64,000 nucleotides of DNA from Takakia lepidozioides (lineage: Eukaryota > Plantae > Bryophyta), in NCBI GenBank assembly GCA_030704615.1, contig CM060731.1:30876001-30940000 (forward strand). Reading direction: 5' to 3'. Numbering within the stretch: the stretch's first letter is position 1; the number at the start of each line of letters is the position of its first letter. The translations under genes and the position numbers were made by a program. Of this stretch, positions 1 to 12,889 are shown in pieces. The notes under the pieces are model-generated. The model searched no databases and had not been told where the DNA came from. It worked only from the letters and a program-made list of their open reading frames with translations.

Positions 1-1374
1 GATTCAAGCGTTCCGTGAGTCTTGACAGCTCTGTTTCAACCTATGGCAGTAACCTTGTTGCTTGCCAACTAACTACCCTATCCTACCATCTCTGCTAATC
101 TACCCTAAGATCTGATGTGATAACAAGAAGACAGTCATTATCTGAAAGCTTCATGCTCTACATATTTCACTCTTTGCTTCTTTATTTACAGATAACCTGT
201 ATCATTGTCCACAAGCCGATGCCCTCATTCTGGCGATTGCACCATTTCACAAGTGGTCAAGGCAGTAATCCCATCTCTGCCCTTGATCTGGCAGCAATTG
301 CTTCTCCACAAGTGCAGCTTTCTATAATTGCACATGAATGCAATGGCGGCGGTATCAGTTTGCACACCCTACCTCTGGCAGATGCCCGTCATGATGGAGC
401 TGCTCCATCATCTTAACTAGCCTTTGATCAAGTCGGCAACCCCACCTTCCTATTCCCTGGCAGCAGGCTGTTTCCCTTGCAAGTTCATCCTCCTTGTCAT
501 CGTGGTTATGAGAGTAACGACGGCACTGCCGCCCCTCCACCGAGCTGCTTTCCCCGCAACTCCTACACCTTCAGCGGTCAAATCACATGAAGCACCGCCT
601 CTATGCCTTCATTACTTCTGTCAGTAGTACATGATATTACTTCCCTTGCCCTTGATGAATCGTCCTGCAGCACTTCCTCTCTTCAAAGCCATGAAACGAT
701 TACTGCACCGCCTCCCTTCTCCTGGCTTGAGCAAAATTACCTAGCTGTTCCCTGCACGATTACCCTCCAGCAAGCCCTAAGCTTCCTCGACCCGCATTTC
801 TAAGGTAATCACCAGCGATGAAAGCCATTCATCCTATGGATGAAAAGGCATATTTCATGACTTAGCCACATTTTGTCCTGGTAGAGCAATAGCATAGTGT
901 GCCCATGGAATTACCTGTAGGCATGGATAGTTCCCTCCCGTTATTAGTACCAGGGCACTCCCTTTGTAGTAATGCCGGATCCTGATGCCAAGCAAAATTT
1001 CACTGTCACTCCCCTGCATTCACACTACACTGGGTTAGGGTGTTTGCTTTTCTTTATGGTGCTGGGTTTTGGATTGGCGGTTTTGGTTGGAGGTCTTGGG
1101 GTTAAAAGGATAAACGGTGTAATTAGGATTCACGTACCCAAAATGTGGTTCAATCTGATAATCGCAAAGCGCTGGGTCTCAACAATTTTTTCCATAGTGT
1201 GAGCATCCTGAAGATAGAACAAGAGGAAGGATTTATTGTCTTGGGCTCTAGCACCATAGGGATGCTCCGCCTTTGGTTACCAATTTTGAAAGCCCCGAGG
1301 CTGAGGCATAGGGTTTTTTTGCCAACGGTTTTTGAGAAATGAAAGTGTTGGTGGTGTCTGTTAATTAGGATGGG

Positions 1375-2955
1375 ATGGTGAGGAAACATCGACCCGTCTC
1401 CCTCGAGGATGGGGAGGTAGTACCACATATCGATTGTGGCCCTAGAGCGATCATTTTTCGTGGCGAGGAGGCACCCATTGCACCTGATCCAATACAGGCT
1501 GCCGGGCACAATCGTAGAAGGGACCGGGGCCAATTTTCAGGTGATGCGGAGGATGTTGACACTTCGGGATTGAGTCGGGCGCGCCGCGGATTGCCCCCTC
1601 GCGGGCCACCCCGTCCAACCACGTCCACCTTTGACCCCCCCGACAGGATTGAGTGTTGGTACACTAAGTGTTGGGAACGGATACCGCCGGGCGGCACCAG
1701 ACCACCGAGGCGGCGACCGCATGTTGTCGAAAAACATTACAAGAAGAACAAGATTGCGGATGCGGCAAAGGTGAGTGTTTTTTCCACCCCTCTCATTAAC
1801 ATTCATTCAAGGTACATTTAGGTTTATCTAATAATATAGTATGATTGGTAAGCATACATAAATCAAAATTACGACATAAGTATTGATGCGTCGTTCACTA
1901 CACACATTGCAGCCACGACTTGATGCCCAAGCTCGCAATCACATTGCATATGAGGCATTTCGCGCCGGTCTACTTGCAGAATTTGTGCCAGAGCATGTGC
2001 CCGATGTGACCAGTTGGTTCCCCCAGCAGCACGTAGATGAGATGCATAGGGTCGAGGGGTATCGTAGGTGTCGTAGGTGTTATGGCCGGCGTCGAGCCCC
2101 CCCCCCCCCCATCTGTTTCTTTGCCTAATCCGGACGTTGTACCCCCGACTTTACCCTCTGACATTACATCCTCAACCACCTCCACTTTCATCTCCTCCGC
2201 CAGCAGTACCACCTCCACCTCCACCTCTACCTCCACCTCCATGTGCATGTGCCCCCCGAACCCCTAGGAGGGGTCAGCTTCGCCCTAGGTTTCCTCCCCT
2301 TCGGCTTGGGCGGCTTGAGCCGGATCCTCGCCCCTGATGGAAAGCGCATAGGACTATGTTACTGAGGACTGTCCAGCCTCGTTGTTGGGGGAATCATCTC
2401 GACCCTCCCACCCCCATCCGAGAAAAATGTGGAGTTCAAGTATTGGGGGAGACGGTATGTTGTGAGAGCCGCTACAGACCCTACTATGGGTCGGGGTTTA
2501 TTCACGGTCAATGATATTGTGGTTCCTCCTCGGAGAAACAGCATGGTGGATTTGTTTCCCTACTACGGTCCATACTACACCTCCGCGGAGTTCCGTACAT
2601 TACGCCTCGAAGCCCCATACATCCTACCCTACATTTTGTGTGTCAACGGACAGGATGTACGTAGACGGGGGTTGTCTCCCATTGAGATCAGATTTTGTGA
2701 TGGTGATCCCGACATCTTCGGCAATGTTGCTGGGCTGGTCAATAGTTTTTTGGTCAACCTAGGAGAACCAATGTAGTATGGGACGAACGAAGCGATGGGC
2801 ATGAGAGCTTTTGTGGTCATACGTCAGTATACTGTGAGGGGATGCACATGTTTGTGATGACATGTGCTAGTAGGACTATTAGGGCTGGCAGCGAACTATT
2901 TGCATCATACGAGTTCTCCCGGGATGAGTGGGACCTCCGATTACAGCGTGAGTGA
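1375..2955 (+). pseudogene. Degenerate SET-domain protein gene (proline-rich N-terminus, C-terminal SET domain)
   Basis: ORF 2429-2776 has the SET N-terminal motif MGRGLFT and 'DGDPDIFGNVAGLVNS'. Shifting frame at the T6 run (2746-2751) continues to 'ASRTIRAGSELFASY' (SET AxRxIxxGxELxxxY motif), with a stop at 2955. There is an in-frame TGA at 2363. Linking the upstream ORFs 1375-1770 (GTGAGT donor) and 1883-2337 is tentative. Confidence 0.7.
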
Positions 2956-3969
2956 GATGTGTATGATAGAAATAGGGTTCCTTTGAGACATGGATCGCGT
3001 AGAGGGGCATTGTAGATATTCTCATGATGTACTTTGTATACATCCGATCAATCGATTGATGTAAAAAAAAATCTTGTTGCTCGTGTGGGTTGCAACTTTG
3101 CATATGTGATCTAAACATACTTATGCACGTGTGGACCAAATATGAGCTTGAACCAAGTTGATTCAATGGGTCATTCTAGTGTTAAACGCAGCTAGGTGTC
3201 ATAGAGACGGAAAATTGTGTTTCGCCTGCAGATGATTTGTTTTTTATTCTATTTTCAAGCCATATGCTTAATGATAGCATATGCAATGTGTGTGCAAAAT
3301 TTGGGAGTAAACAAAAGTCATTTGGACCCATAACCAGATTTTGTTCTCTCATTTGCACTCTAAAGTTGAGTTATTTTCAACTTCATGCACTCTTCATAGA
3401 GAAATAACCAAAAGTGACCCTAGAAACACACTTTTTTTTTTTCCCTTTTTTTTTTGTCCCATTTTTTGCATGGATGTAGTGGTGCAAAGCCCGATGTCAC
3501 AGAACAAAATAGAGCTAAAAATAAAATCATTACGCCCCTCAAAACCGCAATAATATATTTTCTAAATGCAAATATTTATTTTAAAATTATTTTAAATTCG
3601 ATTTAAATTCAAAATTGGTGCAAGGGTGAGTGCGTCGTTGGGGAGGCAATTTTTTTTATTTTTATTTTTTTCCGTGCTGGATCTTTGTACAGGTGTTGCA
3701 CACATATTTAAGCACATGTAGGAAAAAATGAAGCTTGAGCCACATCCGTTTGTTGGGTGCAATGGCATGAGAGGATTTTCTTTCACATTAATAAACAAAA
3801 ATTGGTTGATAGGGTGAATGCGTCATTGGGGGGGCAAATGATTTTGTTTGGGTTTGAAACTTTGCATGCGTGTACGTTGCGAACATATATATAATTATTG
3901 AATGACATATTTGATGCACACACACATTGAAGGTTGTTGTTTGCATTTCGCTTATAATGAAGTGTATGG

Positions 3970-5019
3970 TTGCAAGGACACATTATAATATATGTCCCTA
4001 TGTTCATTTGTTCGTATCAGGACTTTGTCCATCCCTTCCCGGTCTTTTCTCTTGGCACCCCATCCGAAAACAACCCAAGTACATCAGACGGGAGCCGTGG
4101 GCGAGACGCCGCCCCCACGGTACCGGACGATGATGACGATGACAATGATGATGACAGTGATAGTGACAGTGACAACAACAATGAGCATGGAATTAACCAG
4201 GAGGATGTGCAAGCCATAGAAGATCTCTTAATGCATCATGTGGGCGCTAATGCATCCCATGAAGAGGGAACCCGACCAATCGATGATCCTGAAATGGCCC
4301 CCTCAAATGACATGGAGAGGGAGGCGAGAACTCCCTTGTACGAAGGGGCGAAAGTGAGTCGACTTTCAACAATATTACTTTTGCTCAATCTTCAAATTCG
4401 ATTTGGCATAAGTAATGTTGGGATGTCTGCCATAATGCGAACTATTGCAGACTATATCCTTGCTCCACACTTGAAACCCAAGATGCCACGGTCGCAGAAA
4501 GAGGCGCGCGAAGTCTTGGACTCTGTGGGGATGGGCTATAAGATTTTTCATGCATGTCCATGTGATAAAACCCTATACTACGGAGAGGATTCGCATCTCA
4601 CCAAGTGCCCAAAGTGCAAGAAAGACCGATATCGGGATGATGTCCAAGGGGAAAAAGTACCACGCAAGGTATAAGCACCATTCCCCCTCGCATGGAGAGT
4701 AGTACTCATGCAAGATCTGATTGTGGTTTTGGAAGGAGTGAGTGAGGAGTGGAAGGAGCGACGTTTGGTTTTGACCATTCACACCCAAATGAGGGAGAGG
4801 CTGCATAAAGGGAAAGGCATAAGGGTGTTGTATTATGTGTGCTAATGGGATGGTTACATATGGGGGGCGTGGGGTATTTCATCCTAGTAAATGCATTACT
4901 TTCCGATCATCCCGCGATTGAGGGCACAGTACCGAAGCCCCGAATTGGCCAGACTCATGAGATGGCACGCCTCGCATCGGAGCCCCCCGGGAAAGGTGTG
5001 GGGGGCTGCTATTTCATGA
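3970..5019 (+). mobile_element. Truncated CACTA/En-Spm (TnpD-like) transposase, N-terminal part only
   Basis: Motif YKIFHACPCDKTLYY...LTKCPKCKKDRY...KVPRK, then a GT donor at 4669. A second segment from 4891 reads MHYFPIIPRLRAQYRSPELARLMRWH, the typical CACTA motif. It stops before the catalytic Transposase_21 region. Confidence 0.88.
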
Positions 5020-5220
5020 GCGGCATGAGCATGAGCGGAAAAAAAAAAGCATGAGCAGACCATTGTGAGTCCACGGAAATAGGGTTAGGAGGCACGGAAA
5101 TAGGGTCATGTGAAGTTGGAATGTGGCACCAGTGGACTTGAAATGCAACATTTTATTGCAAATTTTGTGGCAAGCCACGTCTATACAAGTGTGTTCTAAC
5201 TGTCATAGCCGGAATGGGCA

Positions 5221-8200
5221 CTACTCTCCTACACCCTCCGAGGAACTTGCCCCACCTTCTTCCTCATCCCCCTCATCCTCCGAGCTCTGTGATGCATCAG
5301 TTCCACTATGCCTCTCAAAAATCCCGTCCTCTCCTTGGGGGACTGTCCACCTCACCTCCTGGGAATCTTCTGCGTCTTCTCCCCCACTTTCCTCAGCAGA
5401 ATCCAAGACAAATCTACGAGCCCGACGGGCTCTAATAGCTGCTGCCTCCTCCCTCATTTTCATTTTCTTGAGGCTTGCCTCGTCTAAAATCTGCTGTACT
5501 CGACTAGGTTCGGAACACCTCCTAATGGACACCGAAGCCGGGCAGCATAAGTAGGAAGGATGTACTCCCTTTCTGGACTAGGCATGAAATCCCCCCTGGC
5601 AAAAAAAGGCACGTTCCTCCTGCCCATGAACTCCGGTGTAGACGTCCCTCCGGCAGTACTTGGCATCCTACAGTAAGAACAAATCCACTTCAAGAATGTC
5701 AATACCAGCACAACCAGAAAGGGTTTTCAATGAAATAAGAGAGCGGAGGGAGGTGCCTCACAAAATCTGGAAGCAACTTACAATGCGACCACTCACTCGT
5801 AAACCGGGGGCTCCTCGACCTCGATCCCAACTTCCTCCCCCTGCTCCTTTTCGGATTTTTCCTCATCCTCCGAGGATGCCTCTTCCTCTTTCGGCAGACG
5901 TTCAGCCGCTGCAAGTTCCGAGTTGTGGAGGGCAGTATCTGGCTCGAAGGCGAACACATGCCTGTCGGACAACGTCCCTGCCCACATTGAAGCACCTGAG
6001 GAACAAAGCGGGCGGTTAATAGCTTGCGGCATGCAATTGCAATTGGGCCAGGGGACAAACTGAGCACGTGAAGGCTTACCCGTGCCGCATGTGAGGTCCA
6101 GAATCCGCCCTTGGACATCCGAGCACGTCTCCATGAGGGTTTGGATGAAAGCAGGGCTTCGGGTCTGGCTATACCGCCACGGTTTGCCTGTCTTTGTGTC
6201 CTTCGGCATACTGGAGTGGGGCACATAGTTGTAGATGACATCGTAGGTTACAGGGTCCACAGCGGCATCAACAAGACGACCGTCGTTGCGGAATTTGAAC
6301 ATAGACCCTCTCTTCACAAAGCAATATGCCTCAAACACCAATGTCTGCACATCCAACAAAGAAGGGATCAACTCCGAGGTCTACTTAACATACACCACAA
6401 TATGAAGTGAATGCAATAGATTGATAACTTACACTTTGGCCCTCTGTTCGCAACCCCTGTGTACTGATGCAGAACCATTTTCTGAGGAAGACCGGGGTGA
6501 CACTTTTCGGTGTCCACCTTGCCACCGCATTCTCTGTGGTCTTCCCTCTCGTGGCAAGGACAACCACACATCCACCATCATCCAGAAGCATCCCCGCCAG
6601 CCCAAACCCGGCTTTCCAGTAGTCCTCAGCAAACCTGTTCCAGGTGGGCACACCATCCAGGCCCTCCAGCAGCTCCCCATTTGGAATGTCGAGGAGAATC
6701 ATGTCGCAAGCTCTCTCCACCTCAACCCCCCCCCCCCCGAGTGCTCTTGCAATCCGTGCTCATAGCCGTGAAGAATTCCATCATGGCTTCAAAACCAGGG
6801 GTGTCTTTAGGCTCTGTACCGCCAGCCCTCTTCTTGGCTTTCCCCTTCTGCTCCGCCAGAGACTTGCTGTGTGCCACCTTCTTCGCCCTGGCAGCGAGAG
6901 CGTCAAGGAAGCTCTCATTGACGCATTGGATGATGGTTGGAGGTTCTAGCTTTGGCCTGTGCGTAAACGTCACCGCCGAATACCGCCGTGTAGGCTCGCC
7001 CTCAAATGCCAACTTCTTGGCAGAGCCAGTCCCACTCCGAACTGACTTGGGAACCCGGACGACCGGTGACTGGATAGGAGCAACAGCAGTCGCAGGACCT
7101 TGAACAAAGTCGTCGTCCGAGTCACTCTCTTGGGTCCCCTCCTGCGCCTCCTCCGATGCCCCCATGGTTTTCTTCTTTTTGGATGTTATTGCACTCACCT
7201 GTTTCCTTGTCCTTTTCCTTTGGCCTTTACTCTTCTCATGCAATTTCTCCTGAATTCCTGCCTGAGCAAGCTCTGCCGCTTTCCTGGAGTTCGCAAGCGC
7301 TTTTGCCTCTTTTGCACCCAACGGAGGCAGCGGAGCCCGGTTTCGTCGGAATTCAGCATCCAGCTTCAATTGAAACTCGGATGGGTCGAGCGAGCCGGGC
7401 GGAATGTCCACATACCAAGGGCAATCACGCAAATGTTCCAGATGCCACTCATTCACAATATCGTCAGTGTACATGGAGTCAGCCCCAGGGTTCCTCCATG
7501 CCAGGAAGAATGGTGGCTCGAAAGACAGATGACCTTTCTCCAAAAGGAAGAACTTGCAGTACCTGCATTCATGAAAAACACAATGAGGTCCCTGAAATGC
7601 ATATTCGGCACCATTTTCCCAGGTTGGGTCGGATGTGAGTGGGCCTAGAAATGGAAAAATGGCGCCGAATTTCGGTTTTCGGTGACTGCCACCCTAGGGA
7701 CTTAGCCATCTTGGGAGCCCTGAACTGGAAATTCGGCGCCATTTTTCCCGGTTTGGCCCGAAGATGGCTAAGTCCCAGAACCGCAATAGGGCCTAGAACT
7801 GGAAAAATGGCACCGAATTTCCAGTTCAGGCCCAGCCACCCTAGGGACTTAGCCCGAAAATGGCTACGTCCCTGAACGGCAATAGGGCCTAGAACTGGAA
7901 AATGGCGCCGAATTTCCAGTTCAGGGCAGCCACCCTAGGGATTTAGCCCGAAAATGGCTACGTCCCTGAACGGCAATAGGGCCTAGAACTGGAAAATGGC
8001 GCCGAATTTCCAGTTCGGGGCCAGCCAGTCTAGGGACTTAGCCCGAAAATGGCTACGTCCCTGAACGGCAATAGGGCCTAGAACTGGAAAATGGCGCCGA
8101 ATTTCCAGTTCGGGGCCAGCCAGTCTAGGGACTTAGCCCGAAAATGGCTAAGTCCCTGAACAGCAATAGGGCCTAGAACTGGAAAATGGCGCCGAATTTC

Positions 8201-11200
8201 CAGTTCAGGGCCAGCCACCCTAGGGACTTAGCCCGAAATGGCTAAGTCCCTGAACGGCAATAGGGCCTGGAATTGGAAAATGGCGCCGAATTTCCAGTTC
8301 AGGGCCAGCCAGTCTAGGGACAGCCCGAAAATGGCTAAGTCCCTGATCGGCAATAGGGCCTAGAACTGGAAAATGGCGCCGAATTTCCAGTTCCGGGCCA
8401 GCCAGTCTAGGGACTTAGCCCGAAAATGGCCAAGTCCCTGAACGGCAATAGGGCCTAGAACTGGAAAATGGCGCCGAATTTCCAGTTCAGGGCCAGCCAG
8501 TCTAGGGACTTAGCCATTTTCGGAGCCCTGACTGGAAATTCGGCGCCATTTTCCCTAACACCACATGAGGCCTCTAACATCCTGAAATGCAAGGACTTGA
8601 AAGAAAGGCAGCGCGTATGTACCTGTACAGAAGGCGCATTGTTGCTTTGTCCGCGTTCGGCTGGTCGGTGAACTCGTGGCTCCGGCGAGCATCTGCTATC
8701 TCCCGAAAGAATAGGTTGGTTTTGTAGAGCAGAAAGTACCTCGTCACATAGTCGCGTAGGCTCTCTGCTGCAGGAGATATCTCCATCTTGAACTGATGTG
8801 CTTGTGTGTCCAGCTGCTCTTGCGCATTCGTCGTCACCTGTGGAGATTCTCCATCAGATCGCTTTCCTGAAAAAATACAATGAATCCACCCCCTACTAGA
8901 GTAGAAGCCCCAAACGAAGCGTGGGGAAGTACTTGAAACCACCATGTCATGCGGTTCATCCACATGTCGAATGTGGGGTCAAAGAGTTTGTCCGGTTTGG
9001 GGAAGCTCCACATGTCCCTGGTACTTTGGGAACCATTCCAGATTTGGAGCCACCGGGTCTGTCCAACCACCCAGCATATTCGTAAGCGCCAAACACCACA
9101 AAAAAGAGTTGTTGCCACCACAATTTGGTTAAGAATGTATCACCTTTTCTGTTGCATCCACACAGGATGTGGCTAGACGATGGAGCTTCTCCAATGTCAT
9201 CGTGGGCTTTAGAGCGCGAGAGTAATGCTTCCCCACCTCCACCAGAAAGTCGGCACCAAGGGCGGGATCAGCTATGGCCACGTACTTTACCATCCGCGAC
9301 GTGTACTTTATGCGGGCCCTCACCTCTGCAGCTTTGACATACGATTCGAGTGCCGGGAGGGTTGGATTCTTCTCCTCTGACTCCATGTAGAACCTCCGCG
9401 CATGTGCCAAATCTTGCTGTATTTTCGTCTGTCAAGAATGCGCACATAAGATTAGAGATCCTGCTCAACACAATTTCTTCTATTGGGGGAGGAGATTAGA
9501 AATCACGGTGAAGACCTTTTCTTCTATTGGGGGAGGAGAGACAGATTAGCTCAACAAAACTGTCAGGAGCTTTACCCGAAATATGTAGTCCACCATGGCG
9601 TCGACGCTCAGCCTATACCAGGTTCTGTCTGCCTTTGCCTCCGACTTGCGCAGGAGGTCGGCACTGAGGGAATTGGCAAACTCTTGCACCCCCTGCTTCC
9701 CGACATCCTTCACTCGGAAGAGCATATGGGACAAGTTGGTGGCAATGAAGGCATTCTCAGTCACCCTGTAGTGCCACATTTCCATCAAACAATACTGAAA
9801 TGGGAATTTTCATCATATATGAGGATTCGCAATGAAATGACTTCCAAATTCAAAGTCTAAAAGCGAGAGGCGTTGTAACTTACGAGTTGATGTCCGCCAT
9901 TGCAGCTTTGAGAAGACTGCGATCTTTGGGCCCCGCAACCTTCAGCACAACACACTCCACGGCGAAATGCCAATCGAGGTCGTTGGGGTGGGCTTGGGCA
10001 ATGTGCTCCATCCATGCCAGGAGGCGATGATTGCCGTCCCACACGTAGAACATCTTACCGGACAAGTGCTGGAAAAGAGGATCACTAGCAATCGATCTCT
10101 CGAACTCCTCATTTCGCGTTTGCCAATGGGGACCCCATTTGTCCACCTCATCGGAAGTGTGGGCACGGGAAGCTCCGTGGTCGTTCTCAATGGAAACGTA
10201 AAACGCGGCAGACCCCATTCGATATCCATCCCGGAAAGAGAATTTCAGCTTGTCGATATCGCCTGGGAGGGCAGGTCTCACCACCTGCAATGACACCAAG
10301 CGGCAAAGGGGAATTCGAAGCTTGGCCGGGTACACCATGCCCCCCAGCACCCTGCCAATGTTGTTGTGGGTTGCCTCCAACATCTTGGCAGCGGCCAACT
10401 TCATATCCGCCTCCGACATGACGTCTGCTGCAGAGGGTTTTCCAGCAGCCCACCAGGATCGCCAAATCCAGCCTGTATGCTCCGGGTTTGGGGCCTGGGG
10501 ATGTCCGGGAGGATGTCATCCTGGTCAGAAAGCTCCCTGTCGTCCTCCTCAACAGGGTCAGCCACCTGCGAAACACCTCCAGCACTCTCCCCGTCTCTAC
10601 TGCCCTCTCCCTGGCTTCACCTCGAACTTGCACAATCCGTGCTCTTTCTGGTGTTCTTTCCTCTCCTCCACTCTCCACCGTATGGGTAATTGCAGGGCTA
10701 CTCTTGCCCGCGATGGTCTAACCGGTGTGTTGCTGCCTCTTTGTGGTGTCTTGGAGGGATCCACCGTCTCTGTGCGTCCCTCACTTACATGGGAATCTGT
10801 CAGTTCGGAACCCCTGGCCTCTTCAGTGGCCTTTTCTCTTTCCTCCTGGCTAGCCTTGTGTCTTGCCTGTTCTTTTGCCCTCTCTTTTGCCCTCTCACGG
10901 GCTTTCTGTTTCTTATTAGGGCTAGCAGCAGGGGAGCCCGGATGGACAACCACCTTTGAGGTAGGCGAACTGACACCCTCGCGCGCACTGCGAACTCCCC
11001 CCTCCGCAGCCCGTGACGGCTCTCGCACCGGGGATTGCACGTGCTTGGCTTTCTTCTTCTTCTTTGCTTGGACGGGCCCTACTGCTTCTGCATCAACAAC
11101 CTTCATTGCCGGATCTGCTGTTCTCACTTCCTCACGCCCTTCACCTGCCATGAGGCCTGCACCAACCTCCCCAATGCCTATTCTGTCGTACTCTCGCTGC

Positions 11201-11298
11201 AGGTCCTCCCGACCACCAACAAAAGGTTGAAGTTTGCCCTCTCGCTCCAAGGTGGGCGGTTCAAACATGCGATGAGTTGCAGCAGTCGATGATACCAC
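5221..11298 (-). CDS. Multi-exon ParB/Srx-like domain + beta-class (N4C/N6A) DNA methyltransferase fusion gene; this copy has frameshifts
   Basis: Hand-spliced GT-AG exons in consistent phase: ...-9884, 9765-9576, 9428-9144, ~9058-8933, ~8837-8623, 7562-6433, 6344-6080, 5995-~5797, then ~5667 onward. ParB motif YVWDGNHRLLAW lies at ~10010-10047. MTase motif IV-like DMILLDIPNG (DIPN at 6690-6679) precedes motif X/I (QTRSPAFIQTLMETCSDVQGRILDLTCGTG|ASMWAGTLSDRHVFAFEPD). There is a frameshift at the G13 run (6726-6738) and probably another at ~10500. The 5' and 3' ends are uncertain. Confidence 0.75.
7641..8556. repeat. Tandem array of ~95-bp units (8 full plus degenerate flanks), each with two hairpins, inside intron 8622-7563
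   Basis: Unit starts GGGCCTAGAAC at 7789, 7885, 7979, 8074, 8169, 8263, 8356 and 8451. Hairpins are AACTGGAAA-ATGGCGCCGAA-TTTCCAGTT and AGGGACTTAGCC-CGAAAAT-GGCTAAGTCCCT. Confidence 0.95.
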
Positions 11299-12064
11299 CA
11301 GCGTGCCGGCTCGTCGTCACTCTGTCATTCCCAAAATCGTGAGAACCAACATCGGTGCCAAAACCAGCATTGCAACCACCATAGCAACAATCGTATAACA
11401 AAAATGAAAACATAACAAGTTTAGGAAGTATGGAGAGCCATGCAACAACAATGAAAACAAATGCAACCATTGTCTGAGAATGACATGCACAAGCAGCCTT
11501 CTCCAGAGCTGCCGGATTTGCACACGCATTGCAAACAATCTAAGGTTCACTCAACTATCTAAGGTTCACTCATCCAGCGAAGCCAGGATGAAGATGCAAA
11601 AACAAAGGGAGGCAACAAAGCGAAAGCGAAAGCAAAAGCAAAAGCGAAATCGAACAAAGCGAAAAGAGAAGTGGCTTGCCTGAGAGTACTCGGCTTCAGT
11701 TGGCGCGGGTTGTGAGCAAGACACTGGAATCTCCTGCTGGAGCTTCAGTTTGGCCATGCGAGAGATTGGCCGTCGTCCGTAGTACAGAGCTTTCAACTTC
11801 CGCCGCGGTCTGGATGTGAGGTCTCTCTCAGGAGAGCCACGCCCTTCAGGCGGCATAAGTCCTAGCCAAAATGGAAAAAGATCTCCATTTTTGGGGTACA
11901 TGCCTCGAATAGCATGTTAAGCCAAGATTAGCATCAGATTTAGGGTACGTATCCAGGAAGCCATGTGACGCCAGCCCGAATGAAAACGGACGGCGGTGGA
12001 CATTTATTGCCCCAACTGCGCAATTAAATGTCGGATGAAGCCCTCCATGTCGGATGAAAAACGA

Positions 12065-12725
12065 CGGAACTCGGCCCGGAATTTCCAACGTAGAGGTAAT
12101 TCGGAGCGCTGCAGGATGGAAATCCGGCGCCGGATTTCCATCCTGCAGGTAATTCGGAGCGCAGCAGGATGGAAATTCAGCGCCGGATTTCCATCCTGCA
12201 AGGTAGGGCGGCGCGCGAAATTTCCCTCACGCAGGTAATTCAGAAGCGGATGGATGAAATCCGGCGCCGAATTTCCATCCACGCAGGTAGGGCGGCGCGC
12301 GAAATTTCCCTCACGCAGGTAATTCGGAGGCGGATGGATGGAAATCCGGCGCCAGATTTCCATCCGCGCAGGTAGGGCGGCGCGCGAAATTTCCCTCACG
12401 CAGGTAATTCGGAGGCGGATGGATGGAAATCCGGCGCCGGATTTCCATCCGCGCAGGTAGGGCGGCGCGCGAAATTTCCCTCACGCAGGTAATTCAGAAG
12501 CGGATGGATGGAAATCCGGCGCCGGATTTCCATCCGCGCAGGTAGGGCGGCGCGCCAAATTTCCCTCATGTAGGTAATTCAGAAGCGGATGGATGGAAAT
12601 CCGGCCCCGGATTTCCATCCGCAAGGTTGGTCGGAGAGCGGATGGATGGAAATCCTGCGCCGAATTTCCATCCAGCAGGTAAGTCGGATCGCTGTCGTAT
12701 GGATATTCGGCGCCTTATTTCCATT
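12065..12725. repeat. Tandem array of ~85-bp units with a long perfect palindrome
   Basis: AGGTAGGGCGGCGCG recurs at 12201, 12285, 12370, 12455 and 12540. There is a perfect 40-bp palindrome at 12109-12148 and a 30-bp one, GGATGGAAATCCGGCGCCGGATTTCCATCC, at 12421-12450. Confidence 0.95.
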
Positions 12726-12889
12726 CGCCAGGTATTTGGAAGCGCTGAATTACCTTCCTGCAGGTAATTCTGAGCGTGTCCGATTGATTTTTCGGAGAAA
12801 AACAAACTAAACTGTTTGTTTTGTGGCTGAAATGCACTTGTAGACACGTTTTTCTTGGAATCCTTGACTGCTAGAGGCAAATCGGAACA

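Noticed and set aside
1-850. Short ORFs and loosely repeated segments
   Set aside because: No recognisable motif or definable repeat unit.
1023-1040. CACTACAC as a possible CACTA left terminus
   Set aside because: I found no matching right TIR with a 3-bp TSD in the window, and a 5-mer is expected by chance.
10250-11230. 326-aa plus-strand ORF
   Set aside because: It is the antisense shadow of the low-complexity N-terminal region of the ParB-MTase gene.
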